Shown here: positions 9,613 through 19,095 of the stretch, piece by piece | How the letters are laid out: each line of letters starts with the position of its first letter | How positions within the stretch are numbered: position 1 is the stretch's first letter | From: Candidatus Woesearchaeota archaeon | Lineage (GTDB): Archaea; Nanobdellota; Nanobdellia; SCGC-AAA011-G17; JACPIM01 | Direction: 5' to 3' | Length of the DNA stretch: 53,974 bases | Assembly: GCA_018302125.1 (NCBI GenBank) | Contig: JAGWAC010000004.1 | Location: forward strand, 1-53,974 | The notes under the pieces: model-generated | The model's input: only the letters and a program-made list of their open reading frames with translations | Told to the model about the DNA's origin: nothing | Databases searched by the model: none | Program-made: the position numbers and the translations under genes

Positions 9613-12282
9613 CTAAACTCTTTCTACAGCTGGATTCGGTGGTTCAGTGCTTAAATAAATTGGATTTTCTTTTATATCTTCACCATAATAAATTTTCCAT
9701 ATCTTTATTGGTCCAATTAATCTATTTGCACCAACATGATATAATAAGGAAGCACCAGAATTAGAATCATCATAAATTTTTTCAAAGCCTTCCCATTCTT
9801 TGTGTGTTTTTCCATCCTTATCAAATAAATAAATCTGTGTAAATAATGTGTTTCTCGTATTTGGGCTTAAAAATAATCCAGCCCCAAAATAATTTGCTTT
9901 TCCGTCGTTGTTGATTACCGGAATAATTCTTAAGCATCCATTATAGCCTTCGGGTTTATCAAATACAAATTCTTGCTCATTAAAAAAAATGCAATTTAAA
10001 GGAACATCAAATCTATTATTATTGTAAAACATTATTGCTGTCGGTTGCTTAAATTCCATCTGGCCATCTTCAGTTTGTCTAATAGCTAAAATTACCCCAG
10101 CAACTAATGAATTTGATTTTGGTAATAATTGGTCTTTATAGATAAAGTCTTGGTCCAAAACAAAATTTCCCTTAAATAAATAGGATATAATTTCTTTCCC
10201 ATTTTCATCTCTTTCTTCTAAACTTTCTTCAGGATTCATAAAAAAAGTTGGAATATAGGAATATCTATCATAATTTTCATCAGCACCTATGGATGAAAAA
10301 GCAGTATATTTTCCAATCTCATCAGAGCTAATTAATACATGTGTCGCATTATGTGTTTTTAATAATTCTAAAGCCTCTATTCTGTCTCTCCCTGTTAACA
10401 AATACCTCCCAATAAAATGATTAATTGCCCCCCTGGCATTTCCCCCGTCACTTAATGTAGCTCTTTCACCAAAAGTTTGCACCCAATAGCCATAATCCCA
10501 CCAATGTGCAAAAACGCTATCTTTAGATGTATTTTCTCTTACCCAATTCATTGCAATTTGCCATTGTTGGTCAAAACTAGGCCCAGAATATTTTGCAGTA
10601 TTAAATGTGATTTTTCCCCTTTCAACTAAACTTCCTTCAATAAATGGCGCAAAAATTAAAATACCAACTATAAATGCAGAAGTGACTTTTATTAAATTAT
10701 TTTTATTATAAAGTCCAAAATCCAGTCCTTTTATTAAAATATAAGCAACAAGTACAATTGTTGCTGGAACAAACATAAAAAATAATCTTATAGCGCTTCT
10801 TGCACCAATTGCAGTAATTAGGAACCATATTAAAATAAAAATATATGTCTTGTCTATTTTTTTAAAAGCTTCATAAATTTCTTTATTTTTATAAAATCCA
10901 TAGATAAAATATCCTAAAATAAATAAAGTAAAAAAGATTAAAGATCCAATATAAAGACTTAATGAAAATGTACTCCGTCCATCTAAAAATGAATTACTAG
11001 AATATCTGCTAAATATAAAAGATAGGATAAATAAGCTGAAAAAAGAAGATAAAATCCATTTATCTCTTTTTAAATTCTTGAAACATTCATAAAATAAAAA
11101 AACTGCCCCAATTAAAGTTAAGTAAATGAAATAATCTCCGAATTGCCCAAACCAGGAATTTACATAAGGCTGCTGGCTTTCAGCAACTGTCAAAGCCCAT
11201 CTGTTTCTGCTGAAAGGTCTTGTTAAATCAATATAAACATTTAATATCTTGTCATAAATAAATATTGGTTTATAAATTATAATTAAAATTATTAAACTAA
11301 ACATGCTGACAGCTAAAAAACTTATTAATCCCAGAGGATATTTGTTTGGATCTATTCTGTTTCTTAAATAAAAGATATTTTTTTCTTTAATCATATAATA
11401 AATAAAACCGCTTATGAGTGCAAGAGTAGTTATTTGTGCAGTTGTAGCGACTAAAATGCTCTGAAAACCGTAATAATAATTATAAAATCTGTTTAATAAA
11501 ATAAAGCTGGTAAACCACCATAGAGCATATGAATAAAAATAATTTTTTTCTAAATTGTCTGTAATTATTTTTACAATGACTGTTCCGCCAATTATTAAAA
11601 ATACAAAATTTACTCCGCCCCAGACGCTCCCTAATAAAGCAGTGAAAAATCCAGAAGTTATTCCATGTAAATATCCATATTTATATTCGGATTTAATAGA
11701 AAGAATATAAAAATATAATGCTGCAAAAAATAAAACTATACCTAATGCTTCTTTGTCTCCAACACCAGAAATTGTTCTATATAAAAATGGAGGCATAAAA
11801 GTTAGGAAAGCAGAAGCTAGCAGCGCAACCCTAAAATCAAATAACTTTCTTATAAGAAGATAAAAAAATATTAATGCTGCGCCAAATGTAATTGCAGGAA
11901 AAATAACATCAACATATTCTAAAGTTATATTATTATTAAAAAAATGTAAAAATTTATACAGATAAACAATAAAATGCGATAAAAAATTAAATTCATCTAA
12001 GTTGCTGTATCCTAATGGGTAATATCTCATCATGTCTATGTCCATTAATTTTCCATGTTCTAAAATATATTTTGCATATCTTAGGAAAGCCGCAGCATCA
12101 GGATCCCCGGGAATAAATTTTCCTGTTGTAATATCTTTTAAATGTACTAAATTGCTGATTCTTATCTTAAATCCAATAAAAATTAATAAAATTAATCCGA
12201 GAAATCCAAAATCATCTTTATAATTTCTGATAAAATTAAAAATTTTCTCCTTTCTTTTTTCTAATGGATTGGATTCAGACAT
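9613..12282 (-). CDS. aglB: Oligosaccharyltransferase AglB (STT3 family)
   Basis: HWWDYG, TVAE, DKE, DGGN motifs; multi-TM N-terminal region. Start moved to ATG 12282 because the longer ORF overlaps the divergent ferredoxin. Confidence 0.95.
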   Translation of the reverse strand: MSESNPLEKRKEKIFNFIRNYKDDFGFLGLILLIFIGFKIRISNLVHLKDITTGKFIPGDPDAAAFLRYAKYILEHGKLMDIDMMRYYPLGYSNLDEFNFLSHFIVYLYKFLHFFNNNITLEYVDVIFPAITFGAALIFFYLLIRKLFDFRVALLASAFLTFMPPFLYRTISGVGDKEALGIVLFFAALYFYILSIKSEYKYGYLHGITSGFFTALLGSVWGGVNFVFLIIGGTVIVKIITDNLEKNYFYSYALWWFTSFILLNRFYNYYYGFQSILVATTAQITTLALISGFIYYMIKEKNIFYLRNRIDPNKYPLGLISFLAVSMFSLIILIIIYKPIFIYDKILNVYIDLTRPFSRNRWALTVAESQQPYVNSWFGQFGDYFIYLTLIGAVFLFYECFKNLKRDKWILSSFFSLFILSFIFSRYSSNSFLDGRSTFSLSLYIGSLIFFTLFILGYFIYGFYKNKEIYEAFKKIDKTYIFILIWFLITAIGARSAIRLFFMFVPATIVLVAYILIKGLDFGLYNKNNLIKVTSAFIVGILIFAPFIEGSLVERGKITFNTAKYSGPSFDQQWQIAMNWVRENTSKDSVFAHWWDYGYWVQTFGERATLSDGGNARGAINHFIGRYLLTGRDRIEALELLKTHNATHVLISSDEIGKYTAFSSIGADENYDRYSYIPTFFMNPEESLEERDENGKEIISYLFKGNFVLDQDFIYKDQLLPKSNSLVAGVILAIRQTEDGQMEFKQPTAIMFYNNNRFDVPLNCIFFNEQEFVFDKPEGYNGCLRIIPVINNDGKANYFGAGLFLSPNTRNTLFTQIYLFDKDGKTHKEWEGFEKIYDDSNSGASLLYHVGANRLIGPIKIWKIYYGEDIKENPIYLSTEPPNPAVERV

Positions 12283-12366
12283 TTCATTTACAAAAAAATC
12301 TTTACTTTTAAGCTTTTGTATTGAAAAACAATAATATATAAATATAAGATATTTTTCCAAATCTTT

Positions 12367-12630
12367 ATGGCAAAGAAGTACAAGGTGGTTTATGATAGGA
12401 AAGATTGCATTGGTGCAGCTGCATGTACAGCAGTTAGTAAAATGTGGGTTATAAAAGATGGTGGGGATGGAAAAGCAGATCTTGAAAACTCCGAAAGCAA
12501 ACAAAATAATGATGTGCAGGAAAGAATAATAGGCGAGATTCAGTTAGAAGAAATGATGGAAACTGCCCGTGTTTGCCCTGTAAATATTATACATATTTAT
12601 GATCTTGAAACAGGAGAAAAAATAATATGA
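12367..12630 (+). CDS. Monocluster ferredoxin, probably 3Fe-4S type
   Basis: DRKDCIGAAAC...ARVCPVNII (CxxAxxC...CP). Confidence 0.85.
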   Translation: MAKKYKVVYDRKDCIGAAACTAVSKMWVIKDGGDGKADLENSESKQNNDVQERIIGEIQLEEMMETARVCPVNIIHIYDLETGEKII

Positions 12631-12974
12631 TCGACTATAATTACCCAATAATTGCAGAGATGAAAAAACTTTATAGACATTCTCGTTATTTGCAAGAAAT
12701 GGCTTGGCAAGATACTAGAAGTAGGGGATTTACTAATCAAGATTTAGCAGATATATTTGAAAGGGCTTTATCGAAAATGGATGATTTTAAATTGCAAATA
12801 TCTGGATTAAGGAAAAAAATAAAAGAAGCTCCAGACATTTCTGAAGAAGATAAAAATTCTTATGAGGTCTGTATTAATAATCATATTGAAAATATTAAAA
12901 ATTGGATGAAAAGAGCAGCCGAAGGCAGAGAGCAAAATAGACTTTTGGCAGAAAATGTGGCTAAAAGAAAATAG
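12627..12974 (+). CDS. Hypothetical helical protein
   Basis: ATGA overlap with ferredoxin stop; no recognisable motif. Confidence 0.6.
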   Translation: MIDYNYPIIAEMKKLYRHSRYLQEMAWQDTRSRGFTNQDLADIFERALSKMDDFKLQISGLRKKIKEAPDISEEDKNSYEVCINNHIENIKNWMKRAAEGREQNRLLAENVAKRK

Positions 12975-13833
12975 GGGTAACATAAACTTCTAATAAAGCA
13001 GCAACAATTAACAAACCAACAGCAATAACAATTAAATCCAAAGAATCTAAAAGAACCTTTCTAAATTCTTTTGTACCCACATCATGTCTTGTAATTGCAA
13101 TTGAAATAATTCCTCCAGCCAAGCCACCAATAAAATAAGCTAAAATTTCTGGTAAACCATGTATAAAATATCTCATCAAGCTTAAGGAATAAATATGAAA
13201 ATATCCGCCAATTTTTATTAAGCCAAAGCTTGCAGCATACTCAGCTATATTTACTCTGAAAAAATTTCCAATTGCTGCGCTTATTACAGATGCATTCCAG
13301 ATTAAAATAAATAATGCTCCAGCACCAAAGAAAAAACTGAAAAACAATGAAAAAATTAAAACTTTTAAATTATTTGATAAAATCTGTCCAAATAATTTTA
13401 TTCCTGTTACAGAACCTGTTGTCAAAAAAGAATCTACGCCAAAAATATTGCTGTTGATATTTTTAATAGTGCTGATTTGTGTATTGAAAACATTTCCAAC
13501 AATATCTTCTGGCAAGAGAATATACCATAATGAATAAGAAACTACAGCACCCAAAAACAAATACATAAAAAAAGTCAGAGCCTTGCTATGTTCTTTCAAA
13601 ATCTTGCTTTCTTTTTCAAATTGAATGTCCTTTTTCTCTTCAAATTTGATTGTATCATAAACTAATGGTAAAGCAGCCATAACAGTTAGAAAAACCATTA
13701 CTAAACTTGTCTGGTCTCTAAAAATCCATAAACTTAGGAACATTGCAACAGAAGCATACAAAAAACCAAGGAAAAACATGCTTAATGGTCTTTTTTCAGC
13801 TCTTTTTGGTCTTACTAAACTTTCCAACACCAT
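12961..13833 (-). CDS. SpoIIM/DUF95 family membrane protein
   Basis: ILSNN, NASVI, HGLPE, AALLEVYVTP motifs. Confidence 0.85.
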   Translation of the reverse strand: MVLESLVRPKRAEKRPLSMFFLGFLYASVAMFLSLWIFRDQTSLVMVFLTVMAALPLVYDTIKFEEKKDIQFEKESKILKEHSKALTFFMYLFLGAVVSYSLWYILLPEDIVGNVFNTQISTIKNINSNIFGVDSFLTTGSVTGIKLFGQILSNNLKVLIFSLFFSFFFGAGALFILIWNASVISAAIGNFFRVNIAEYAASFGLIKIGGYFHIYSLSLMRYFIHGLPEILAYFIGGLAGGIISIAITRHDVGTKEFRKVLLDSLDLIVIAVGLLIVAALLEVYVTPIFF

Positions 13834-13892
13834 TAATATTCTAATTATATTTTTATTTATATATCTTTCTTACCAATTATTAAGAAGTATTT

Positions 13893-14576
13893 TTAGTCGA
13901 AAAACCTGTATTTTAATAAATAATAAAAATGCATAACTCCATCTTTCCATGTAATCTTTTTACCTTGTTCAAAATCTCTTGGATTTTTGAAATCAATTGG
14001 AACTTCCTTTATTTTATATCCTTTTTTTAATATTTTTGCAGTTATTTCTGGTTCAAAATCAAATTTTTCAGATTTTAAGCTAATCCCTTCAAGAACTTCT
14101 TTTTTAAAAACCTTATAACAAGTTTCCATGTCACTGATCTTACAATTAAATAAAAAATTAGTAGCTATTGTTAAGAAATTATTTCCAAAATAATGCAAAG
14201 AATACATATCTTTATGTTCTCCCAACATTCTAGATCCATAAACAACCTTTGTTTCATTATTTAAGATTGGTTTTAATAAATCATTGTAAAATTTAGGATC
14301 ATATTCTAAATCAGCATCTTGAAATAAAACTATATCACCAGTAAAATACTTTAATCCAGTTCTTATTGCACCACCCTTTCCAATGTTTTTTTCATGAAAA
14401 AAAATTTTATGCTTCTCTAAACTTTTTAAAATATCCCTTGTTCCATCAGTGGAAAAATCATCAACAATTATGATTTCTTTTTCAATATATTTTAGTTCTA
14501 TATCCTCAACTTTTTTCAGAATTTTCAAAATAGTCTCTTTTTCATTGTAAACTGGAATAATAATGGATAATTTCAT
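13893..14576 (-). CDS. GT2, polyprenol-phosphate glycosyltransferase (DPM1-like)
   Basis: IIPVYNE, VDDFSTDGT, QDADLEYDP, DMETCYK, FEPEIT. Confidence 0.9.
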   Translation of the reverse strand: MKLSIIIPVYNEKETILKILKKVEDIELKYIEKEIIIVDDFSTDGTRDILKSLEKHKIFFHEKNIGKGGAIRTGLKYFTGDIVLFQDADLEYDPKFYNDLLKPILNNETKVVYGSRMLGEHKDMYSLHYFGNNFLTIATNFLFNCKISDMETCYKVFKKEVLEGISLKSEKFDFEPEITAKILKKGYKIKEVPIDFKNPRDFEQGKKITWKDGVMHFYYLLKYRFFD

Positions 14577-14603
14577 AAAAACCTAAGCCATAATAAAAAT
14601 ATA

Positions 14604-15236
14604 TTAAGCTTTCCATTCCATCATAACCCCATAATTTCTGCTTTCAGCATCATCCATAGTATTAGGACAGATTTTTACTTGTTTTAATCCAGCTCTTTCA
14701 TAGAATCTTAATTCAATGTCTTCTGGCAATCCATCATTTCTTCTTAAATTTACATAAACTTCAATAGGGATATTTCCTCTTGTTTTACAAAAACTATCAT
14801 AACTAGGAACTCTCGCACTTAAAACCAGATACTCTTTTCCTAATTCTTTCGTTAATTGTTTTTGCCTTTCTAATAAAGCTGTTCCCACCCCAATTCCTTT
14901 TCCTTCTGGTCTTCCTTTCGGACTAACACCCAAAGAAACAACATAAACTGCCTTTCCATTTGGATTATGGCTTTCTGAAATATGCCCATCACCAGTTATT
15001 TCTGTCCAGGAATTTGGTGGGTTTTTAGGATTATATTTTATTATTTGGGATGTTGTTACTCCAACTATTTCATCATTTAAAACAGCAATAAAAAAGCCAT
15101 TTGGAAAAACTTTTAATCTTTCTTCAAATTTTTCTTTTGGAGCCCTAGCTTCTATGGGCCAGGCTTCATTTTCAACCCGCATAATAGCATCCAAATCATT
15201 TGATTTCACATTCCTTATTTCTAATCCATATATCAT
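14604..15236 (-). CDS. GNAT family acetyltransferase
   Basis: IRN..NDLDAIM.VE.EAWP, VSLGVSP..R...GIGVGTALL, FYERAG. Confidence 0.85.
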   Translation of the reverse strand: MIYGLEIRNVKSNDLDAIMRVENEAWPIEARAPKEKFEERLKVFPNGFFIAVLNDEIVGVTTSQIIKYNPKNPPNSWTEITGDGHISESHNPNGKAVYVVSLGVSPKGRPEGKGIGVGTALLERQKQLTKELGKEYLVLSARVPSYDSFCKTRGNIPIEVYVNLRRNDGLPEDIELRFYERAGLKQVKICPNTMDDAESRNYGVMMEWKA

Positions 15237-15572
15237 ACAATTTTAAAATTTTTAACTCTTTTTAATCCTTTCCACCACAACCAACCTTTAAGGTAGCAAA
15301 GAACCTATTCAAGCCCTGCATGAAAATTAAGCTTATTTCCTAATTATCACATAAACTTCTTTTCCCAAAAATTATTTTGGGCATCTATTTTCGCCCCATT
15401 CCCAAATTATTCCTAGTTCAAAGCTTTATGAATTAAGGAAAAAGCTTGAAGATTCCAAGGGTAATTTTAACTCTGAAACTCCAGACAGAAGATCTGAAGG
15501 GGGGGTTTTAGAAGAGTATATTGCGAGAAAAAGATTTGAAAATGCTTCTATATTAAGAGCAAGAGATAATGA

Positions 15573-16700
15573 TTAATTTCTCATTGAATTAAGAACTAGT
15601 TTCGCAGTGTGCATTCCATTGATATAAGCATCTTCCATTCCTGGAACGTCATGATCTGTCGCTAAAAATATATTCTTCTCTGGATTTAACTTAACATATT
15701 CATCTCCGATGAAGTAAAATGCCGGTTTCCAAGTGTCATGGGTTATAACCTCATACTTTTTAAAATACTTTTTTATCTTATCCTTGCCGTTATAAAAATA
15801 AAGATACGTTCCATCTCTCTCACAAGAGATAGCAGTAGCTTCTTTTATTGAAAAGAAATTATACCACTTCTTATCATAGGTTTTTTTTATTTCTCCGCGA
15901 AGGTGATAATAATAGACGTTTATTTCTCCTTTGATCTTTTGAGGCTTGATCAGTTTATTAGTAATTTTCATTGGGGTGGCTAGAACGAGTTTTTTGCAAT
16001 TGTAACTTCTGCCTGACTTCGTTTTTAGGGTAAAATGGTTGCCTTCGCTCTTAATCTTTATTATAGAATCATAAAATATGCTATTTTCAAATCCTTTTAT
16101 CATCTCATTGAATTTCATTTTGAAAGTGTAACTTGAAACTAACAATGGTTGTAAAGATCCTAAAAATAGAGCTGTCGAGACTTTTCTTGGGTCTATAAAG
16201 AATGAAGCCCAAAGGAATTCTTCAAGATATTCTTTGTTTAATTTTTCCAAACCTCTTTTTTTGATATATTTCCCTGCTTTTTGGTGATAATATTTTTTGA
16301 GCAAAGGATCAGCTTCTATTAATTCTTCTCTTGAAAATTCTATTGACCTTCTTCTTAGTTTTAGCAAATGTCTTCGGAATATAATTAAATCTTTTATTAA
16401 TCTTAGTCCTGCAGGAATATGTTTTAGCAATCGCGGCGAAAAAACATGATAATGCTCATTTCCTTTATGGAGGTGTGAATGACTGAATCTCATTTTTCCA
16501 GTAATCTCAGCATATGGTAAAACGTTTTTGCAATCTGCAGTGATATAATAAGCTCCGTAATTAACTTCTCCATCAGGGGAAGTTCTTACTCTCCCCCCGA
16601 TATCTTCTGTAATAATCTTAAACTTTTTCTTATTTTTATATAGGTGTCTAGCGCAGCCTAATCCGGACATTCCAGCACCAATGATGATTATTTCTTCCAT
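15573..16700 (-). CDS. FAD-dependent oxidoreductase (amine oxidase/protoporphyrinogen oxidase-like fold)
   Basis: IIIIGAGMSGL Rossmann motif, IGGRVRT, GMEDAYING. Confidence 0.8.
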   Translation of the reverse strand: MEEIIIIGAGMSGLGCARHLYKNKKKFKIITEDIGGRVRTSPDGEVNYGAYYITADCKNVLPYAEITGKMRFSHSHLHKGNEHYHVFSPRLLKHIPAGLRLIKDLIIFRRHLLKLRRRSIEFSREELIEADPLLKKYYHQKAGKYIKKRGLEKLNKEYLEEFLWASFFIDPRKVSTALFLGSLQPLLVSSYTFKMKFNEMIKGFENSIFYDSIIKIKSEGNHFTLKTKSGRSYNCKKLVLATPMKITNKLIKPQKIKGEINVYYYHLRGEIKKTYDKKWYNFFSIKEATAISCERDGTYLYFYNGKDKIKKYFKKYEVITHDTWKPAFYFIGDEYVKLNPEKNIFLATDHDVPGMEDAYINGMHTAKLVLNSMRN

Positions 16701-16706
16701 TTTATT

Positions 16707-17180
16707 TCAAGTGAACTTATCAATGAGTTTGAAGAAGCTTATAATTTTGAATATGAATAAAGGCAGTACGAGCATTTGAAGAATTGGCGTAAGACCCACG
16801 TTAAGCCAAGGTATTATCGGCATAAAGTCTGTGTAGGACCATCTTCCTAGTAATTGGACATTTAATTTTTCTATTAGTACTGAGATTATCAATCCCAAAA
16901 ATATTATCAGTAAATAATCGCTTATTTTAATTTTTGAGATCCAGTTTATTTTCCTGTTTTTTAGTATTCCAAGACCATAGATTCCTATCATTATCAGTCC
17001 GTCTCCAGCTGAAGCTCGTAATATTTTTGGTACGTAAAAGAAGATATCGTTTTGTAGGGGAAAAGCGCTCCAATCGTAAAGGGCGCTATGAGCTACTTCC
17101 CAGAATAAGTTTATTAGGAAACTGACTGCGAAAATAAGAAAAACTATTTGCAAAAACCTTGCTATTTTGGATTTAACCAT
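16707..17180 (-). CDS. Conserved-type hypothetical membrane protein
   Basis: NLFWEVAH, ASAGD, RWSYT.FMP, VGLTPILQ; about 4 TM segments. Confidence 0.7.
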   Translation of the reverse strand: MVKSKIARFLQIVFLIFAVSFLINLFWEVAHSALYDWSAFPLQNDIFFYVPKILRASAGDGLIMIGIYGLGILKNRKINWISKIKISDYLLIIFLGLIISVLIEKLNVQLLGRWSYTDFMPIIPWLNVGLTPILQMLVLPLFIFKIISFFKLIDKFT

Positions 17181-17381
17181 CTTTTATTTTTGTTCTAGGA
17201 CTGCATAGCTGAAAAGTTCTTTAAATGTTCTAGACATACTAAAATGTGGTTGTATTTAAAAGTGTCTAGTCATGCACGACAACACAACACATATCCTGCT
17301 TTGCACAATAAGTACTAATCTGCACAAAAAGTCCTAACTATCTTTTTTTCGCAATCTTCAAAATTAATAATAGTCTTAGTC

Positions 17382-17519
17382 TCAAAAAACTCTTGATCTT
17401 TCTCCAAATTTGTCTTTTGGAGCCCTAGTTTCAGCTGGCCAAGCTTTTTCTTCAACTTGCATAATTGCATCTAAATCTGCAGAATTTACATTTCTTATTT
17501 TCAAATCATAGATTAACAC
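17382..17519 (-). pseudogene. Truncated paralog of the GNAT gene at 14604-15236 (first ~45 codons)
   Basis: Translates LIYDLKIRNVNSADLDAIMQVEEKAWPAETRAPKDKFGERSRVF* versus MIYGLEIRNVKSNDLDAIMRVENEAWPIEARAPKEKFEERLKVF. Confidence 0.88.
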
Positions 17520-17595
17520 AAAAACTCACATCAAAAATCTCTTTTTAAATCTTTCCAGAAAAACTTTAAAAAGCAAATAATAACAAAAAAAGAAA

Positions 17596-19095
17596 ATGAA
17601 CTTTCTTCAAAATAATAAATTAAAGACTTCTTTAATAATTAGCAATATAATTTTATTTGTCTATTTAATTTATAGATTAATAAATCAGTCAAAAATATTA
17701 ACTTTTTTCCCCTTGGATATTACAAATGATATTAGTTCCCACATAGCACAATTATATTTTTTAAAAGTTTGTGGTTTTCATAATTTATGTCAGTATTGGT
17801 ATAATGGTTATGAATTATTCAAATTCTACCCGCCAGGATGGTTTTTCTTTTCTTATCCAATATTATTAATATTCAAAAAACCAGAATTAGCATCTTATAT
17901 TTCAATAATTTTAATGTTATTATTATCATTTATAGCAATTTATAAGATAATAAGTCTAAAAGAAAAGTCTTGGTTATTATCTGTTTCATTTTTTCTATTT
18001 TTATTTGCCTCACCTGCATCAATTAGTGGTTTCTTTAGATTAGGAAGAGTAACGGAATTATTTGCTTGGGTAATTTTTCTTTTTTTAACTTATTTAATCT
18101 TAAAATATAAGGATAAAAAATTTGATTTTAATTTTATTTATTTTATCCCGCTCTATACAATTTTAATCTTCTCTCATCCAACAGTAACTATAATCTTTCA
18201 TTTTTTCTTATTATCATTATTTTTAGTTAAGTTCAAAGATACAAAACAATTGCTGGCATTAACGATTTATGTATTATTGGGAATTTTATTTTCAGCCTTC
18301 TGGTGGTACCCATTTGTAACAGATCTAGGAGAAAGCAGAACAGAAGAATTCTTGCCAGAATTAAGAAACAGGTTTTTTGACATTCAGGGCCAATGGACAT
18401 CAACAGTAATTCTAATCACAATTCTTCCATTATTAACTTTGATTTTATTTTATTTGTATTATAATTCAAAAAATAAAGATAAAGAAGAGCTTCTGTTTTA
18501 TTCTCCAATTTTATTATTGGCTGTTTTAGTTATAACAAGAATAGTAACTTTTATTCCTTATTTAAATTTTGTATATCCAGAGCCTTATTTCACTTTTTTC
18601 CTAATTTTCTCATTAATTTTATTTTTCAACACAAATTATTCAGAAAAAATCCAGAAAATTCTCCCATCTATATTGGTTTTTTTAATAGTAATTTCAACTT
18701 TAGTATCAATAAATGAAACATCTCTTTATCCAAATCATACAGAACTAGAAATCACAACTCTTGAATTATTGTCAAAAACACAAGGATCATTCATAATTAT
18801 AGATCCCCCAAACCCAACATCTTACGTCAAAGCATATTATTCCTATGCACCAATTTACCTAAACCTGACAACCCCTAGTGGCTGGTCAACATCAGAATTA
18901 TCAGAAGCCCATAATAAATTATTAATTAAAATAACAGATGAATTTAAAAATAGAAAATGTGCAGATTTTAAGCAGACTTCAGAAATTTTAGAATTAAAGA
19001 ATATAATTGCTTATAATGGGTTTTGTAGTATAAAAGAAAAGTGTAATTTAAAAGAAATAATAATAAAGAATAATGCTTGTTTGATAAAAATATGA
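17596..19095 (+). CDS. Polytopic membrane protein, GT-C-like (PTPS-related membrane domain)
   Basis: D..SH, WYNGY.LFKFYPPG, FSAFWWYP; many TM segments. Confidence 0.65.
   Translation: MNFLQNNKLKTSLIISNIILFVYLIYRLINQSKILTFFPLDITNDISSHIAQLYFLKVCGFHNLCQYWYNGYELFKFYPPGWFFFSYPILLIFKKPELASYISIILMLLLSFIAIYKIISLKEKSWLLSVSFFLFLFASPASISGFFRLGRVTELFAWVIFLFLTYLILKYKDKKFDFNFIYFIPLYTILIFSHPTVTIIFHFFLLSLFLVKFKDTKQLLALTIYVLLGILFSAFWWYPFVTDLGESRTEEFLPELRNRFFDIQGQWTSTVILITILPLLTLILFYLYYNSKNKDKEELLFYSPILLLAVLVITRIVTFIPYLNFVYPEPYFTFFLIFSLILFFNTNYSEKIQKILPSILVFLIVISTLVSINETSLYPNHTELEITTLELLSKTQGSFIIIDPPNPTSYVKAYYSYAPIYLNLTTPSGWSTSELSEAHNKLLIKITDEFKNRKCADFKQTSEILELKNIIAYNGFCSIKEKCNLKEIIIKNNACLIKI

Noticed and set aside
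12283-12504. Cys-rich N-terminal extension of AglB in the ORF track
   Set aside because: It is the antisense of the ferredoxin gene and its promoter; ATG 12282 is the plausible start
15355-15575. Open plus-strand frame (…LYELRKKLEDSKGNFNSETPDRRSEGGVLEEY…)
   Set aside because: No start codon and no recognisable family; at most a gene remnant
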